Source: Deinococcales bacterium
GTDB taxonomy: Bacteria; Deinococcota; Deinococci; Deinococcales; JAAFIG01
Reading direction: 5' to 3'
DNA: 39,620 bases
Assembly (NCBI GenBank): GCA_043778225.1
Contig: JAYWGM010000019.1
Span: forward strand, 1-39,620
Shown: positions 22,887 through 33,314 of the stretch, in pieces
Numbering within the stretch: the stretch's first letter is position 1
Layout: each line of letters opens with the position of its first letter
The notes under the pieces: generated by a model
The model's database searches: none
What the model saw: the letters and a program-made list of their open reading frames with translations, nothing else
What the model was told of the DNA's origin: nothing
Position numbers and translations under genes: made by a program

Positions 22887-23930
22887 ATGAAAAAATTTGT
22901 TTTGATGGGTTTTGGAAGTCTAGCAACGCTGGCATTATTGGCGCAAGGTTCTGCCCAGACTCGAGTATTGAATTTATACAATTGGTCTGAGTATATGGAT
23001 CCTGCCATCCTCAAAGATTTCGAGAAGCAATTTAATGCTCGAGTTAATGTCTCTTTGTTTGAATCCAACGAAGATTTAATCGCTAAACTCAAAGCCAACG
23101 GCGGCAGTCAATACGATGTGGTTGTACCGGGGCAGTATGCGATTCCTTTGATGTCGCGCTTAAATTTACTGTTAAAACTCGATAAATCTAAAATCCCAAA
23201 CCTCAAAAATCTATCTAAGAAATTCGTCAATCCAAGTTATGACCCCAACAATACCTACAGTGCAGCCTACCAATGGGGAACAGTTGGTGTGGTTTACCGC
23301 AAAGATAAACTTAAAAACCCTGAGCAGAGTTGGGGCTTATTTTTTGACAAAACCAAACAGCAGGGTACATTTTTGATGATGGACTCGTCTCGAGAAATGC
23401 TTGGACCTGTGCTTAAATACCTCAAAAAGAGCCTGAACAGCACCAAGCCCGACGATTTACGGGCTGCCCTTGATTTAATGGTCGATGCCAAAAACCGCAG
23501 TCTGGGTTTTGATGGTGGGGTTGGCAACCGTAACAAAGTTGCGGCAGCCCAAGCCAATTATGGTGTGGCATACAACGGGGATGTGGTAAAACTGCAAGCC
23601 GAAGACCCAAACCTTGGGTTTTTTGTTCCCAAAGAAGGCAGTGTCATTTTTACCGACAGCATGGCAATCCCGGTCAAAGCCCCAAACGCCGCCTTGGCGC
23701 ACCAATTTATTAACTTTATCCTCGAGCCAAAAGTCGGAGCGCGTTTAAGCACCTATAATCAATATGCCACCCCGAACGAAGCCGCCAAACCATTTTTGAG
23801 TAAAGCCGATGTCCAAAACCCAGCCATTTACCCACCCGCCAACGTCATGGCAAACCTCGAGTTTATTTTAGACTTAGGCAAAGACAATAACCTTTACGAC
23901 AGCGTTTGGACAAAAGTCAAAGCCCGTTGA
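22887..23930 (+). CDS. potD: Spermidine/putrescine ABC transporter substrate-binding protein
   Basis: LNLYNWSEY, FESNEDL, YDVVVP, YQWGTVG, PKEGS. Confidence 0.85.
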   Translation: MKKFVLMGFGSLATLALLAQGSAQTRVLNLYNWSEYMDPAILKDFEKQFNARVNVSLFESNEDLIAKLKANGGSQYDVVVPGQYAIPLMSRLNLLLKLDKSKIPNLKNLSKKFVNPSYDPNNTYSAAYQWGTVGVVYRKDKLKNPEQSWGLFFDKTKQQGTFLMMDSSREMLGPVLKYLKKSLNSTKPDDLRAALDLMVDAKNRSLGFDGGVGNRNKVAAAQANYGVAYNGDVVKLQAEDPNLGFFVPKEGSVIFTDSMAIPVKAPNAALAHQFINFILEPKVGARLSTYNQYATPNEAAKPFLSKADVQNPAIYPPANVMANLEFILDLGKDNNLYDSVWTKVKAR

Positions 23931-24044
23931 CGCAGCATTTACCGTAGGGGCGGGGCTTCTTGCCATTGATACCGACTTAATCGTTTTTGCTGTCTGTAAC
24001 AACAAATCTTATATTTCAATTCGTGTCTCAGCACTTGATTTTTG

Positions 24045-24184
24045 TCCTCCCCGCGAAGCAGGGGAGGTGGCAAGCGAAGCGCGTCGGAGGGGTCTCGCAC
24101 AGCGTCTTTTCGTTTACGCGCCGCAGACCCCTCCGTCACTCGTTGCACTCGTGCCACCTCCACCTACCTAACGGTAGGGGAGGA
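24045..24184. repeat. REP/CIR-like composite inverted repeat between convergent genes
   Basis: tcctcccc...ggggaggtggc...cggaggggtc / gacccctccg...gccacctcc...ggggagga. Confidence 0.75.
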
Positions 24185-24271
24185 ATTTTCTGCGTTGCAT
24201 ACGGCTTTCTTGACTTAGTTAGAGTATATGGGCTTGCCTCGCCCAACCAGTTGACTCGCCTTACCTATTCT

Positions 24272-24823
24272 TCATTTCGGACGAAAAAACTGCACTCCAC
24301 CCAAGACCTCGAGTTGTTGCTCGAGGTCGGCTTTGGTTTGGTTTGGGCGGCTATTGGCATCGCCTGGCAGTGTGCCAGCCAGAATTTCGAGCGCATCGGC
24401 AAAACCATCTGCATCGTTGTCTGCCTCGAGTTTATAATTGCCGTCAAAGCGCTTTTGGAGGTCGGCTAGTTTTTCGCTTGGTTTATCGTCTTTGACATTT
24501 GGGTTTGTGCCAGCAAAACGCTCCAGCACATCTGGGAAACCATCGCGGTCGGTGTCGCCGCCATAACGAATCGCGCTGTAAACTGCGTCTTGAACACTCT
24601 GTTTTTTGCCACGCCAAAAGCCAACTGCCAAGCCAAATGAATTCCATGGGGCATCGCCGTTGGGTTTAACATGACAAATTTGGCATTCGGCTCGAGCCAA
24701 AGGGCTGCTTGCCACCCGCTCGAGTTTGAGGGTTTTATAAGCTGTGGTTTCAAAGCCGCCTCGAGCCAAGGCTGCACCGACTAAAGCAAGGCTGACTGTT
24801 GCTAGGACTCGGACGGGATTCAT
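24272..24823 (-). CDS. Exported protein with one CxxCH motif and two Ca-binding DxDxDG (TSP3-like) repeats
   Basis: Signal peptide, CQICH, DTDRDGFPD.LE..AGT.P and DNDADGFAD.LE..AGT.P. Confidence 0.75.
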   Translation of the reverse strand: MNPVRVLATVSLALVGAALARGGFETTAYKTLKLERVASSPLARAECQICHVKPNGDAPWNSFGLAVGFWRGKKQSVQDAVYSAIRYGGDTDRDGFPDVLERFAGTNPNVKDDKPSEKLADLQKRFDGNYKLEADNDADGFADALEILAGTLPGDANSRPNQTKADLEQQLEVLGGVQFFRPK

Positions 24824-24882
24824 GACTGTTTGGATGCACAACCAACTCGAGAAGTTCCCGAACCCTCTTGAGTTGTGTAGCT

Positions 24883-24948
24883 CACTTTGGGCGAATGAAC
24901 CAAGTCCACTTTGGGCGAATGAACCAAGTTCACTTTGGGCGAATGAAC
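24883..24948. repeat. 24-nt tandem repeat (2.75 copies) duplicating the 3' end of the kinase gene
   Basis: cactttgggcgaatgaaccaagt(c/t) at 24883, 24907 and 24931. Confidence 0.9.
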
Positions 24949-27005
24949 ATCGCTAAACTTTGGACTGGCGAATAGGTCTCGATGGTTTGGATTAAGCTGC
25001 AATCGGGTGCAAATTTACGAATCAAATGCCCACCGCGCCTGGCTGCATACAAGTTGCCTTGTGGGTCGAGTACCAAATCGAGGGCTTGACTCGAGTCCTC
25101 GCCTTGCAGGGCTTCAATAATCGCATACGGTCCTTGTGCGCCTTTGGGTGGCAAGAGGGTCCGCACCCTCGAGGCCGTTGCATCAGCAATGTAGACCGTG
25201 CCGTTGGCGGCAGCCGTGACCCCATCGAGCAAACGCAACTCGGGGGTGTCTTTGCTGACCTTAAACGAATAGCGATTGACATACTCGCCTTCGGGCGAAA
25301 AACGCTGAATGCGCCGATTGCCATAATCCAGCACATAAACCATGCCATCGGCAGCCGCCACAATACTGCGTGGGTCTTCAAATAGACCTTGGCTTGTGCC
25401 GCGCCCACCAAAGCGACTGAGGTAATTGCCTTCAAGGTCAAATCTCGAGACACTGTACGATTCGCCATCCAAGACATACAACTGATTCCAATGCGCCACC
25501 GATAATGACATCGGGTACAGCAATTCGCCCGGTTTCATGCCATATGCCCCAAAAGCCAGCAATTGTTTATTGTCGCGGTCAAATTTACGCAATAAACGCG
25601 CCGTTGGGTCGTTGGAGCGGTACTCGAGAATCGAAACATAAAAATTCATCTCTGAATCCACACCAATGGCTACAGGTGCGCCCGGTAACTGCCCAGAAGA
25701 AATCTGTCCAAAACTGCGCTCGAGGTTGCCGTTTAAGTCCAGCACCCGAATCGGTCCTTTGCGGGTGTTCAGGCTGACAATAATATGGGCGGGTCCATGC
25801 AGGTCGGTTTGTTGGTCAAATAAACCTTTGTCTATTTCTTCAATCACTTCGGTTAAAGTTGGGCGTTTATCGGGGTCTTTGTCAATCATTCGCATCACAA
25901 GGTCGTTGTATTTGGGCGGGACTTCGAGGTTAATTTGGCGTGGTGGGGTCGGGGTCTGGAAAATCTGGGCTTGAACCACAGCTTCGTAACCACCCTTAAA
26001 AGCGGTCTGCCCTGTTGCCATTTCATAAAAGACCAAGCCAAGGCTGTAAATATCGGTGCGGTGGTCTATTTTGTTGCCTCGAGCCTGTTCTGGACTCATG
26101 TAGACTGGTGTACCGACTCGAGCGCCAGTCATCGTCAGGCGGGTCAAGACTCGCCCGGCGGCAATCCCAAAGTCCATCAGCTTGACGCTGCCTAGCTCGA
26201 GTTGGGCGGTTGGGTCGGTTTTAATGGCGTTTTTCGTGACCATGATGTTGCCCGGTTTAATATCGCGGTGAATAATGCCTTGCTTATGCACATACCGCAG
26301 GGCATCCGAGACTTGTTTGATAATCTGGACGCTTTGCTCGAGCGTGATGCGCCGTGTCTCGACCAGACTCTCGAGTGCTTCGCCTTCAATCAGTTCCATG
26401 GCGATAAAGTGGGTTGCGCCTTCGTTGTTATGCTCAAAGACTTTAACCACATTGGGATGACTGAGTTTCATTAAAACATCAGCTTCGCGGTGAAAACGCC
26501 GTACAAAACGCGCATCGGCAATAAATTTATCTTGCGGGATTTTTAAGGCAACCATCTTGTTATCGTCTTTGCGCCGTGCTTTATAGACCGTTGCCATGCC
26601 ACCAATACCAATGCGGTCTTGGGTCTCGTAACGGGTTAGTTGTGTCCCGGCATCAAGGTTCTTTTTGCCGCCAATACTGGTTAGGGTCGGTGTTTTTGAA
26701 GGTTGTGGTGCAGACCCTTTGCGTTTTTGTTTGCGCCTTGCACGGGGCATTGCGCCATCGGTCTCGAGCGGTACAAGCGAAGCCGCCAACAATAAGCCAA
26801 CCACGGCTAAAATTGCGGTGCTGCGGCTTGGGCGGGCTGCTCCAGCTGCAAAATCGGGGCTGGAATTCAGTACAAACATGGTGATTGCCAGCAGCAGCAA
26901 AACCCCAGAGACCGAGTAAATCAGAATTTGGGTTGGCACACGCCAAAAAATAAAAGCCGCTAACCCAAAAATTGCCAATAAAACTGCCAGTGTCAGGATA
27001 CTCAT
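24930..27005 (-). CDS. Membrane-anchored Ser/Thr protein kinase with C-terminal NHL repeats
   Basis: 3 N-terminal TM helices; IGIGGMATVY, VALK, HRDIKPGN, DFG, GTPVYMSPE; NHL repeats (F.DPR.I....DG.VYV.DYGN.RIQRF). Confidence 0.93.
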   Translation of the reverse strand: MSILTLAVLLAIFGLAAFIFWRVPTQILIYSVSGVLLLLAITMFVLNSSPDFAAGAARPSRSTAILAVVGLLLAASLVPLETDGAMPRARRKQKRKGSAPQPSKTPTLTSIGGKKNLDAGTQLTRYETQDRIGIGGMATVYKARRKDDNKMVALKIPQDKFIADARFVRRFHREADVLMKLSHPNVVKVFEHNNEGATHFIAMELIEGEALESLVETRRITLEQSVQIIKQVSDALRYVHKQGIIHRDIKPGNIMVTKNAIKTDPTAQLELGSVKLMDFGIAAGRVLTRLTMTGARVGTPVYMSPEQARGNKIDHRTDIYSLGLVFYEMATGQTAFKGGYEAVVQAQIFQTPTPPRQINLEVPPKYNDLVMRMIDKDPDKRPTLTEVIEEIDKGLFDQQTDLHGPAHIIVSLNTRKGPIRVLDLNGNLERSFGQISSGQLPGAPVAIGVDSEMNFYVSILEYRSNDPTARLLRKFDRDNKQLLAFGAYGMKPGELLYPMSLSVAHWNQLYVLDGESYSVSRFDLEGNYLSRFGGRGTSQGLFEDPRSIVAAADGMVYVLDYGNRRIQRFSPEGEYVNRYSFKVSKDTPELRLLDGVTAAANGTVYIADATASRVRTLLPPKGAQGPYAIIEALQGEDSSQALDLVLDPQGNLYAARRGGHLIRKFAPDCSLIQTIETYSPVQSLAMFIRPK

Positions 27006-27784
27006 ACCACCACCTGAGCAATCACACAGGTGATGTTATCTAAGCCACCACGCGAATTTGCCATGCCAATAAAATACTCGACTGCACTTTGTAAATTTAA
27101 GCCTTTGCGCTGGAGTTCCTCGAGAAATTCAAAGTCCTCGACAAAGCCATGCAGACCATCAGAGGAGAGCAAAAAGACATCGCCAACTTTGGTTTGAATC
27201 GTGTTGACATCCACCAACACTTCGGCTCGAGTGCCCAAAGCCCGCATTAACTGATTGCGATTGGGGTGATTCTGGGCTTCTTCGGCAGTCATGATGCCAT
27301 GCTCGACCTGAAAACCAACCCAAGAATGGTCTCGAGTGACCTGTGAAATTTCGTTGTTGCGAATTAAATACGCCCGAGAATCGCCAACATGACCATAAAT
27401 CAATTGCCGTTCAAGGGCGATACAAGCCGTGATGGTTGTTCCCATGCCGCTCAGTTCTGGATTCTCGAGGGCTTCGCGGTTGATGCGCCGATTGGCAGCG
27501 ACCAAGGCGCGTTCTAAGGCTTTATCCAGAGGAATGGCTTTATTGCCAGCAGCCGTAAAATCGACATAGTCCGACATCGCTTTAGAAACCACTTCGATCG
27601 CGGTTTTGCTGGCACGCTCGCCCGCAGCCGCCCCACCCATGCCGTCGGCAACAGCAAAAAAGCTAATCGCGCCGCGCCCCGAAGAGAAGGTTTTGACACG
27701 ATGATAATCTTCGTTATGGTCACGCACCCGCCCCACGCTCGAGCCGTGACCGAAGATAACATTTCCTTTTGTTTGAACCACCAT
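27002..27784 (-). CDS. PP2C-family Ser/Thr phosphatase (Stp1/PrpC-like)
   Basis: GRVRDHNED, VADGMGG, GMGTT, HVGDSRAY, SSDGL, GGLDNIT. Confidence 0.93.
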   Translation of the reverse strand: MVVQTKGNVIFGHGSSVGRVRDHNEDYHRVKTFSSGRGAISFFAVADGMGGAAAGERASKTAIEVVSKAMSDYVDFTAAGNKAIPLDKALERALVAANRRINREALENPELSGMGTTITACIALERQLIYGHVGDSRAYLIRNNEISQVTRDHSWVGFQVEHGIMTAEEAQNHPNRNQLMRALGTRAEVLVDVNTIQTKVGDVFLLSSDGLHGFVEDFEFLEELQRKGLNLQSAVEYFIGMANSRGGLDNITCVIAQVVV

Positions 27785-27961
27785 TCAACTCCTACAATTC
27801 TTAAATCTTCTATTTGTAGTGCAGTCTAACATGATTGACCTCACAGACGACTGACTCGAGCAGTCAAAAAAACCAACCTACCATGAACTGCAAAAAGTGT
27901 GAAAAATTTGGCGGACAAAAACTTACAAAAAACTTACACTGCCACGCAGGAGGGGACAGCC

Positions 27962-28300
27962 ATGCAGTATGCCGTTCGGCTAGACAGCAGCATCAGCAGT
28001 GCAAAACGCCGCAACGAGATTGCTGCCAAAGTTGCGCCTCACCTTGGTATTGGCGTTCTTACATTAGAGCGTCACCTCGAGCGACCCAATAAAAGTATTT
28101 TGGTACGCAGCAACAAACGCACTGCCGCTGAGTTTATCGCTCGTTGGCTGCGGGCTTATGGGGTACAAGTTACGGTTCTCGAGAACCAAACGCCGACCAC
28201 GATTCGTATCACCCAGAATGTTAACTTGACTATCCCACCCAAAGCCAACGGTTTTATGCGAGTGCCGCTTGGCAGACAACCAGCCCCAACGCTTTGCTGA
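27962..28300 (+). CDS. Hypothetical protein
   Basis: SD GGAGG before MQYAVR; no recognisable motif. Confidence 0.6.
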   Translation: MQYAVRLDSSISSAKRRNEIAAKVAPHLGIGVLTLERHLERPNKSILVRSNKRTAAEFIARWLRAYGVQVTVLENQTPTTIRITQNVNLTIPPKANGFMRVPLGRQPAPTLC

Positions 28301-28322
28301 AAATTGCGGTAAACTTTTGGGC

Positions 28323-28646
28323 ATGGAACTGATTATTGAAGATACACTCGTCGGCACTGGCGCAAGCGCAACCACAGGCAAGATGGTCAGCGTGCATTAC
28401 ACGGGAATGTTTCCAGATGGCAGGGTTTTTGACTCGAGCCTACCGCGCAACGAAGCCTTTATCTTTGAACTCGGGGCTGGAAATGTGATTAAAGGCTGGG
28501 ATGAAGGCGTGGCTGGCATGAAAATTGGCGGTAAACGCAAATTGACCATTCCGCCGCACCTTGGTTACGGCGCAAGGGGAGCAGGTGGCGTGATTCCGCC
28601 CAATGCTACACTGGTTTTTGAAGTCGAATTGCTTGGCGTGAAATAA
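28323..28646 (+). CDS. FKBP-type peptidyl-prolyl isomerase
   Basis: [40 protein letters not shown]. Confidence 0.95.
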   Translation: MELIIEDTLVGTGASATTGKMVSVHYTGMFPDGRVFDSSLPRNEAFIFELGAGNVIKGWDEGVAGMKIGGKRKLTIPPHLGYGARGAGGVIPPNATLVFEVELLGVK

Positions 28647-28653
28647 GGACATC

Positions 28654-28926
28654 ATGACTCAACTTGAACAAGCTCTCTCCAAAAAAGCTTTCGCGGCACT
28701 CGAGCAGATTCGACAAGCTCGAGGTATTCGTTCTCGGGCTAAAACACTAGAAATGCTGTTGCTCGAGAATCTTCCAGATGACGAAATAAATGATGAAGTT
28801 CATTTAAGCCCATCTGATGCAGCCATATTTGAACAGCGAATGGCAAATATGGAGGCTGGACATTTTATAGAGGCAACCGAGGTTTGGCGTAAGCTAAGAG
28901 AAAAACGAGAAGCGAGTAATGCATGA
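28654..28926 (+). CDS. Putative type II antitoxin
   Basis: Small acidic protein with RHH-like N-terminus; ATGA overlap with the RelE-like gene. Confidence 0.6.
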   Translation: MTQLEQALSKKAFAALEQIRQARGIRSRAKTLEMLLLENLPDDEINDEVHLSPSDAAIFEQRMANMEAGHFIEATEVWRKLREKREASNA

Positions 28927-29216
28927 GACGACTGGCGGGAACGCCACTTTGGGTTATTTTTGACTTTTCCAGTGACAAAGAAATTGTCGCTCTCGACGAT
29001 AAGGATGCAGCCGCACTCGAGCAAGCACTCTTGCTTTTAGCACAAACAGGACAGGGTGATATTGTTCCAATGATAGGCTATGAAAACGGATTTCGATTAC
29101 GAGTTGGAAAGACTCGAGCCGAGTTTTATGTCAATCAAAAAAACCAGATTTTGGGTGTGACTCGAGTTTTTTATCGCCAACAAGGCTATAAAACCAAAGG
29201 GCGCTCGAGGCGCTAG
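28923..29216 (+). CDS. RelE/ParE family toxin
   Basis: GDIVPMIGYENGFRLRVGKTRAEF...VTRVFYR. Confidence 0.75.
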   Translation: MRRLAGTPLWVIFDFSSDKEIVALDDKDAAALEQALLLLAQTGQGDIVPMIGYENGFRLRVGKTRAEFYVNQKNQILGVTRVFYRQQGYKTKGRSRR

Positions 29217-29217
29217 T

Positions 29218-30399
29218 ATGAATCATCTTCTGGCTCATGCAGTGCGCTTTAGCCGCGAATTGCGTGAGGCTGGGGTGCGAGTTACCCCTAGCCAAACCGA
29301 AGTTTTTACTTTAGCCCTGAGCCACATCCCGATGCTCGAGCCACGGGCTTTTGCCGATGCGGCACGAGCTTGTTTGGTCTCGAGACGCGAAGATTTACTT
29401 AAATTTGAAAAGGTCTTTCGGGCGTTCTGGACGGAGCTTGGGCTGGGTGGAATTCCCGACGAACTCTTGAACCAAGTCAGTTTGCCCAATAAACAACAAA
29501 AGCCACGTCCTGCCGAAGTGCGTGATGGCTCGAGTCAAACTGCGCCACCTTCTGACTTGCCGCCGCAGCCTTTGACCGAACGTGCCATGACCTACAGCGA
29601 TAGCCAAACGCTTAAAGCCAAGCGTTTTGACCAGATGAACAGTTTAGAACTCGAGGCAGCCAAAAAAGCCTTGCAACGTTTTGCTTGGCGGGTAGGGGAG
29701 AGGCGCACCCAAAGATTGAGGGCTGATAGCCGTGGTGAGCGCCTTGACTACCGCCGCAGTTTTCGTACTGCGATGCGTTTTGGGGGCGAATGGATTCGGC
29801 TCGAGATGCGCTCCAAAAAAACCAAGCCTCGCCCGTTGGTAGTGATTGCCGATGTCTCGGGCAGTATGGAACGCTACGCACGACTGTTGCTGCATTTTAT
29901 GCACGCTGTCACCCAAAGGCTCGAGCGCCGCAACATCGAAACTTTTGCTTTTGGCACACGCCTGACCCGAATTACCAAAAATCTCGAGCGCCGTGATGTG
30001 GACACTGCCCTGACCGAAGTTGGACAAAGCGTCAACGATTGGTCTGGCGGTACGCGGATTGGCTCGAGCTTAGAAAACTTTAATCGGGTCTATGCCAAGC
30101 GGGTTTTGGGGCGTGGCGCGGTGGTCTTAATTATTTCCGATGGCTGGGACCAAGGCGAACCAACCGCTCTTGGGGTGGCGATGGAGCGCTTACAAAAAAC
30201 TTGTCATCGGCTAATTTGGCTTAATCCCTTAATCGGTACAACCGGTTTCCAAGCCCAAACTCGAGGACTACTGGCGGCTTTGCCTTTTGTGGATGATTTC
30301 CTGAGCATTCATAACCTCAACAGCCTTGAGCAACTGGCAAGCCATCTCGAAGGGATTGGTGGTCTGCGTTCGGCGCGGCGCAGTGGCATTAAAGGTTAG
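29218..30399 (+). CDS. vWA-domain CoxE-like protein
   Basis: DVSGSMERY, FGTRLTRIT, WSGGTRIG, IISDGWD, LIWLNPL. Confidence 0.9.
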   Translation: MNHLLAHAVRFSRELREAGVRVTPSQTEVFTLALSHIPMLEPRAFADAARACLVSRREDLLKFEKVFRAFWTELGLGGIPDELLNQVSLPNKQQKPRPAEVRDGSSQTAPPSDLPPQPLTERAMTYSDSQTLKAKRFDQMNSLELEAAKKALQRFAWRVGERRTQRLRADSRGERLDYRRSFRTAMRFGGEWIRLEMRSKKTKPRPLVVIADVSGSMERYARLLLHFMHAVTQRLERRNIETFAFGTRLTRITKNLERRDVDTALTEVGQSVNDWSGGTRIGSSLENFNRVYAKRVLGRGAVVLIISDGWDQGEPTALGVAMERLQKTCHRLIWLNPLIGTTGFQAQTRGLLAALPFVDDFLSIHNLNSLEQLASHLEGIGGLRSARRSGIKG

Positions 30400-30424
30400 G
30401 GATAACTCGTGTTAATCTGCCCAA

Positions 30425-31126
30425 ATGGTTCATATCATTCCTTGTGTGGATATTCAACGCGGACGAGCAGTACGGCTTTACAAAGGCGACCCGAAACTCG
30501 AGACAGTCTATTTTGACTCGCCACTCAAAGCTGCCGAACACTGGGCAAATCTGGGGGCAAAATTGGTGCATCTGGTGGATTTAGATGCCGCCACTGGGGC
30601 TGGCGAAAACCGCAGCATCATCCTCGAGATTGCCAAGACCCTAGGCGTACCCGTCGAGGTCGGTGGTGGAATTCGCAACCTCGAGACTGCCAGAGAACTG
30701 CTGAATGGGGGAGTGCAGCGCATTATTCTTGGCACGGTGGCAATCAGCAACCCAGAACTGGTCGAAGCGGCGGTTCTCGAGGTTGGGGCAGAACGGGTGG
30801 TGGTCAGCCTCGATGCCAAAGATGGTTTTGTAGCGGTCAAGGGCTGGGCAGAAACCAGTCAACTCACCGCCGTAGAAGTGGCGGCAAAGGTTTGGGAAGC
30901 TGGGGTGCGAACTTTAATTTATACCGATATTGCCCGAGACGGCACACTTGAGGGTCTAAATCCAGAGCCATTAAAACCGATGCGGGCTGCTTGGGCGGGT
31001 GAACTGATTGCTGGCGGTGGAGTCCGAGACCAAGCTGATATTCGCCTGCTCGAGACGCTGCGAATTGAAGGGGTGATTGTTGGTCGGGCAATTTACGAAG
31101 GCACACTCAAATTTGGGATAGACTAG
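30425..31126 (+). CDS. hisA: ProFAR isomerase (histidine biosynthesis)
   Basis: IIPCVDIQRGRAVRL, HLVDLD, EVGGGIR, YTDIARDGTLEG. Confidence 0.95.
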   Translation: MVHIIPCVDIQRGRAVRLYKGDPKLETVYFDSPLKAAEHWANLGAKLVHLVDLDAATGAGENRSIILEIAKTLGVPVEVGGGIRNLETARELLNGGVQRIILGTVAISNPELVEAAVLEVGAERVVVSLDAKDGFVAVKGWAETSQLTAVEVAAKVWEAGVRTLIYTDIARDGTLEGLNPEPLKPMRAAWAGELIAGGGVRDQADIRLLETLRIEGVIVGRAIYEGTLKFGID

Positions 31127-31134
31127 CAGCATCC

Positions 31135-32301
31135 ATGAATACTGACCTGCCAGCCCTACAAATTAAGCTCCGTGACTTTATGAACCGCGTTGTGATTCCT
31201 CGAGAACGCGAATTTATTGGTCATTTTACCCTCGAGCAACTCGAGACGGTGCGGAGCGAATTACAAGCGGCTGGGCGCGAGTCTGGCTTGTGGCTGCCGC
31301 AGTTGCCAGTCGAACTGGGTGGCTTAGGGTTGCCTTGGGTCAAAGCCTATAAACTTTTTATCGAAGCTGGTCGCAGTATGCTTGGTCCACAAGCCTTGAA
31401 TATCGCTGCCCCCGACGAAGGCAATATGCACTTATTGCACGTCGTGGCGAACGAAGCGCAGAAAGAAAAATGGTTAATGCCATTAACTCGAGGTGAAATC
31501 AGGTCGTGTTTTTCGATGACCGAACCGCCGCCCGGGGCAGGTTCAGACCCAAGTATGCTGCAAGCCAGTGCTGTTAAAGAAAACGGTGTCTGGAAACTCG
31601 AGGCGAAAAAATGGTTTATTTCAGGGGCGTGGAGTGCAGCCGTTACGTTAATCCTCGCCAAGACAGCCGAGGGTGCAACGATTTTTTTGATTCCCATGAA
31701 TCACCCTAAAATTGTTTTGAAGCGTGTGATTCCAACGCTCGACCATTTTTCGCCAGGTGGGCATTGCGAACTGGATTTTGATGGTCTCGAGCTAACTGAC
31801 GATGATGTTCTCGGCGAATCCGGTAAGGGCTTTGATTATGCCCAGATTCGCCTTGACCCAGCCCGCTTAACCCACTGTATGCGCTGGTTGGGTATTGCCA
31901 TGCGTTCACTCGAGTACGCCGAAGAGTACGCCCTTAATCGCTCGAGTTTTGGTAAGAAATTAGCCGAGCAGCAAATGGTGCAACAGATGATTGCTGATAG
32001 TCACATTGAAATTTTTGCAAGTCAGACCATGATAGAACAGGCTTGCCGAATTCTGGATGCGGGACAACGAGTGCGCCATGAAGCCAGCATGACCAAGGTT
32101 TTTGTGTCCGAAGCGGTCAATAAAATCATTGACCGTAGCATTCAAATTATGGGCAGCACGGGAATTAGCGAGGATTACCCAGTCTCGAGTTTCTACAAAG
32201 AAGCCCGTCCGTTTCGGATTTATGATGGAGCTAACGAAGTCCATCGCATGAGCATTGCGCGGCGGGCATTTCGGCGGGCTGAAGCCAGAAATCAACCCTA
32301 A
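31135..32301 (+). CDS. Acyl-CoA dehydrogenase
   Basis: APDEGNM, FSMTEP..GSD, KWFISGA, RLTHCMR, RIYDGANEVH. Confidence 0.93.
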   Translation: MNTDLPALQIKLRDFMNRVVIPREREFIGHFTLEQLETVRSELQAAGRESGLWLPQLPVELGGLGLPWVKAYKLFIEAGRSMLGPQALNIAAPDEGNMHLLHVVANEAQKEKWLMPLTRGEIRSCFSMTEPPPGAGSDPSMLQASAVKENGVWKLEAKKWFISGAWSAAVTLILAKTAEGATIFLIPMNHPKIVLKRVIPTLDHFSPGGHCELDFDGLELTDDDVLGESGKGFDYAQIRLDPARLTHCMRWLGIAMRSLEYAEEYALNRSSFGKKLAEQQMVQQMIADSHIEIFASQTMIEQACRILDAGQRVRHEASMTKVFVSEAVNKIIDRSIQIMGSTGISEDYPVSSFYKEARPFRIYDGANEVHRMSIARRAFRRAEARNQP

Positions 32302-32347
32302 CTGTTTTGGCGGATGCTCGAGCCAGACGAATCCGTTAAACTCGAGC

Positions 32348-33292
32348 ATGGAATTACGACCCTACACCCAAGCCGATTTGCTCGAGTACGTTCGGATTTG
32401 GAATTTAGCCAATCCGCATCGTCCAATTACTGCCGAGAATGTGGCGCATACCGATGCGACCAGAAGCAGCACAGCCCAATCTGCACGGTACTTTGTGATT
32501 GACGCAGGTTTTTCCATTGGCGCAGTAGGGTTTGCGACCCCTATTTCTAACCCAGCCGAGGGCGAACTCGAGTTGGGTTTGCATTTATTACCCGAATATC
32601 TCGAGCAAGCTCAAACTGCTTACCAACTTGCCCTGAACGCCGCGCAGCCATTCGAGCCAAAACTCTGGCGCGTCAGTAGCAAAGAAGATTTCTGGGCATA
32701 CCAGTTTTTCTTGGACAATGGTTTTACCGAATTTGATCGAATGTTTTCAAGTAACTTAATTCTGGAATCCTTCGATGCAACTCCGTTTAAGCCTTTGCTC
32801 GAGAAAGCCAGTCGTGCGGGTTTGGAAATTCAGACTCGAGCATCGTTAATGAACCAACCCGATTTTGCAAAGCGTTACTACGAGGCAACCATCGAGATTG
32901 TGTGTGATATACCAGCCGCTACATCACCTCAACCTTGGGACTTTGAAACTTGGCAGCAACGGGCTTTTCAAAGCCCAACTGCCATGCCAGAAGGCGAATT
33001 TGTTGGCATCATCAAGAACGAAATTGTTGGAATGTCACAACTTTTCAAATCGGCTCGAGTTGGTACAATCGAAACAGGTTTAACGGGAATTCGCCGTGCT
33101 TATCGCCATTTTGGAATTGCTTTTGCGCTTAAAATTCGAGCTGCCCAATTTGCCAAGCAGCAAGGTTTTGCTCGAGTCCGAACCAGCAACCATGTGATTA
33201 ACCGCCCAATGCTTGCAATTAATGAGGCAATGGGTTTTGTCAAAGAACCCGCAACAGTGTGGCTACGAAAAAACTCGGAAACGCCAGTTTGA
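32348..33292 (+). CDS. Tandem GNAT acetyltransferase
   Basis: Start MELRPY; LTGIRRAYRHFGIA, NRPMLAINEAMGF. Confidence 0.85.
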   Translation: MELRPYTQADLLEYVRIWNLANPHRPITAENVAHTDATRSSTAQSARYFVIDAGFSIGAVGFATPISNPAEGELELGLHLLPEYLEQAQTAYQLALNAAQPFEPKLWRVSSKEDFWAYQFFLDNGFTEFDRMFSSNLILESFDATPFKPLLEKASRAGLEIQTRASLMNQPDFAKRYYEATIEIVCDIPAATSPQPWDFETWQQRAFQSPTAMPEGEFVGIIKNEIVGMSQLFKSARVGTIETGLTGIRRAYRHFGIAFALKIRAAQFAKQQGFARVRTSNHVINRPMLAINEAMGFVKEPATVWLRKNSETPV

Positions 33293-33314
33293 TTCTTGAA
33301 ATTAGAGTAGTATT

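Noticed and set aside
641..24948. 23-25 nt direct repeats as CRISPR arrays
   Set aside because: They are head-to-tail with no unique spacers, and no cas genes are present
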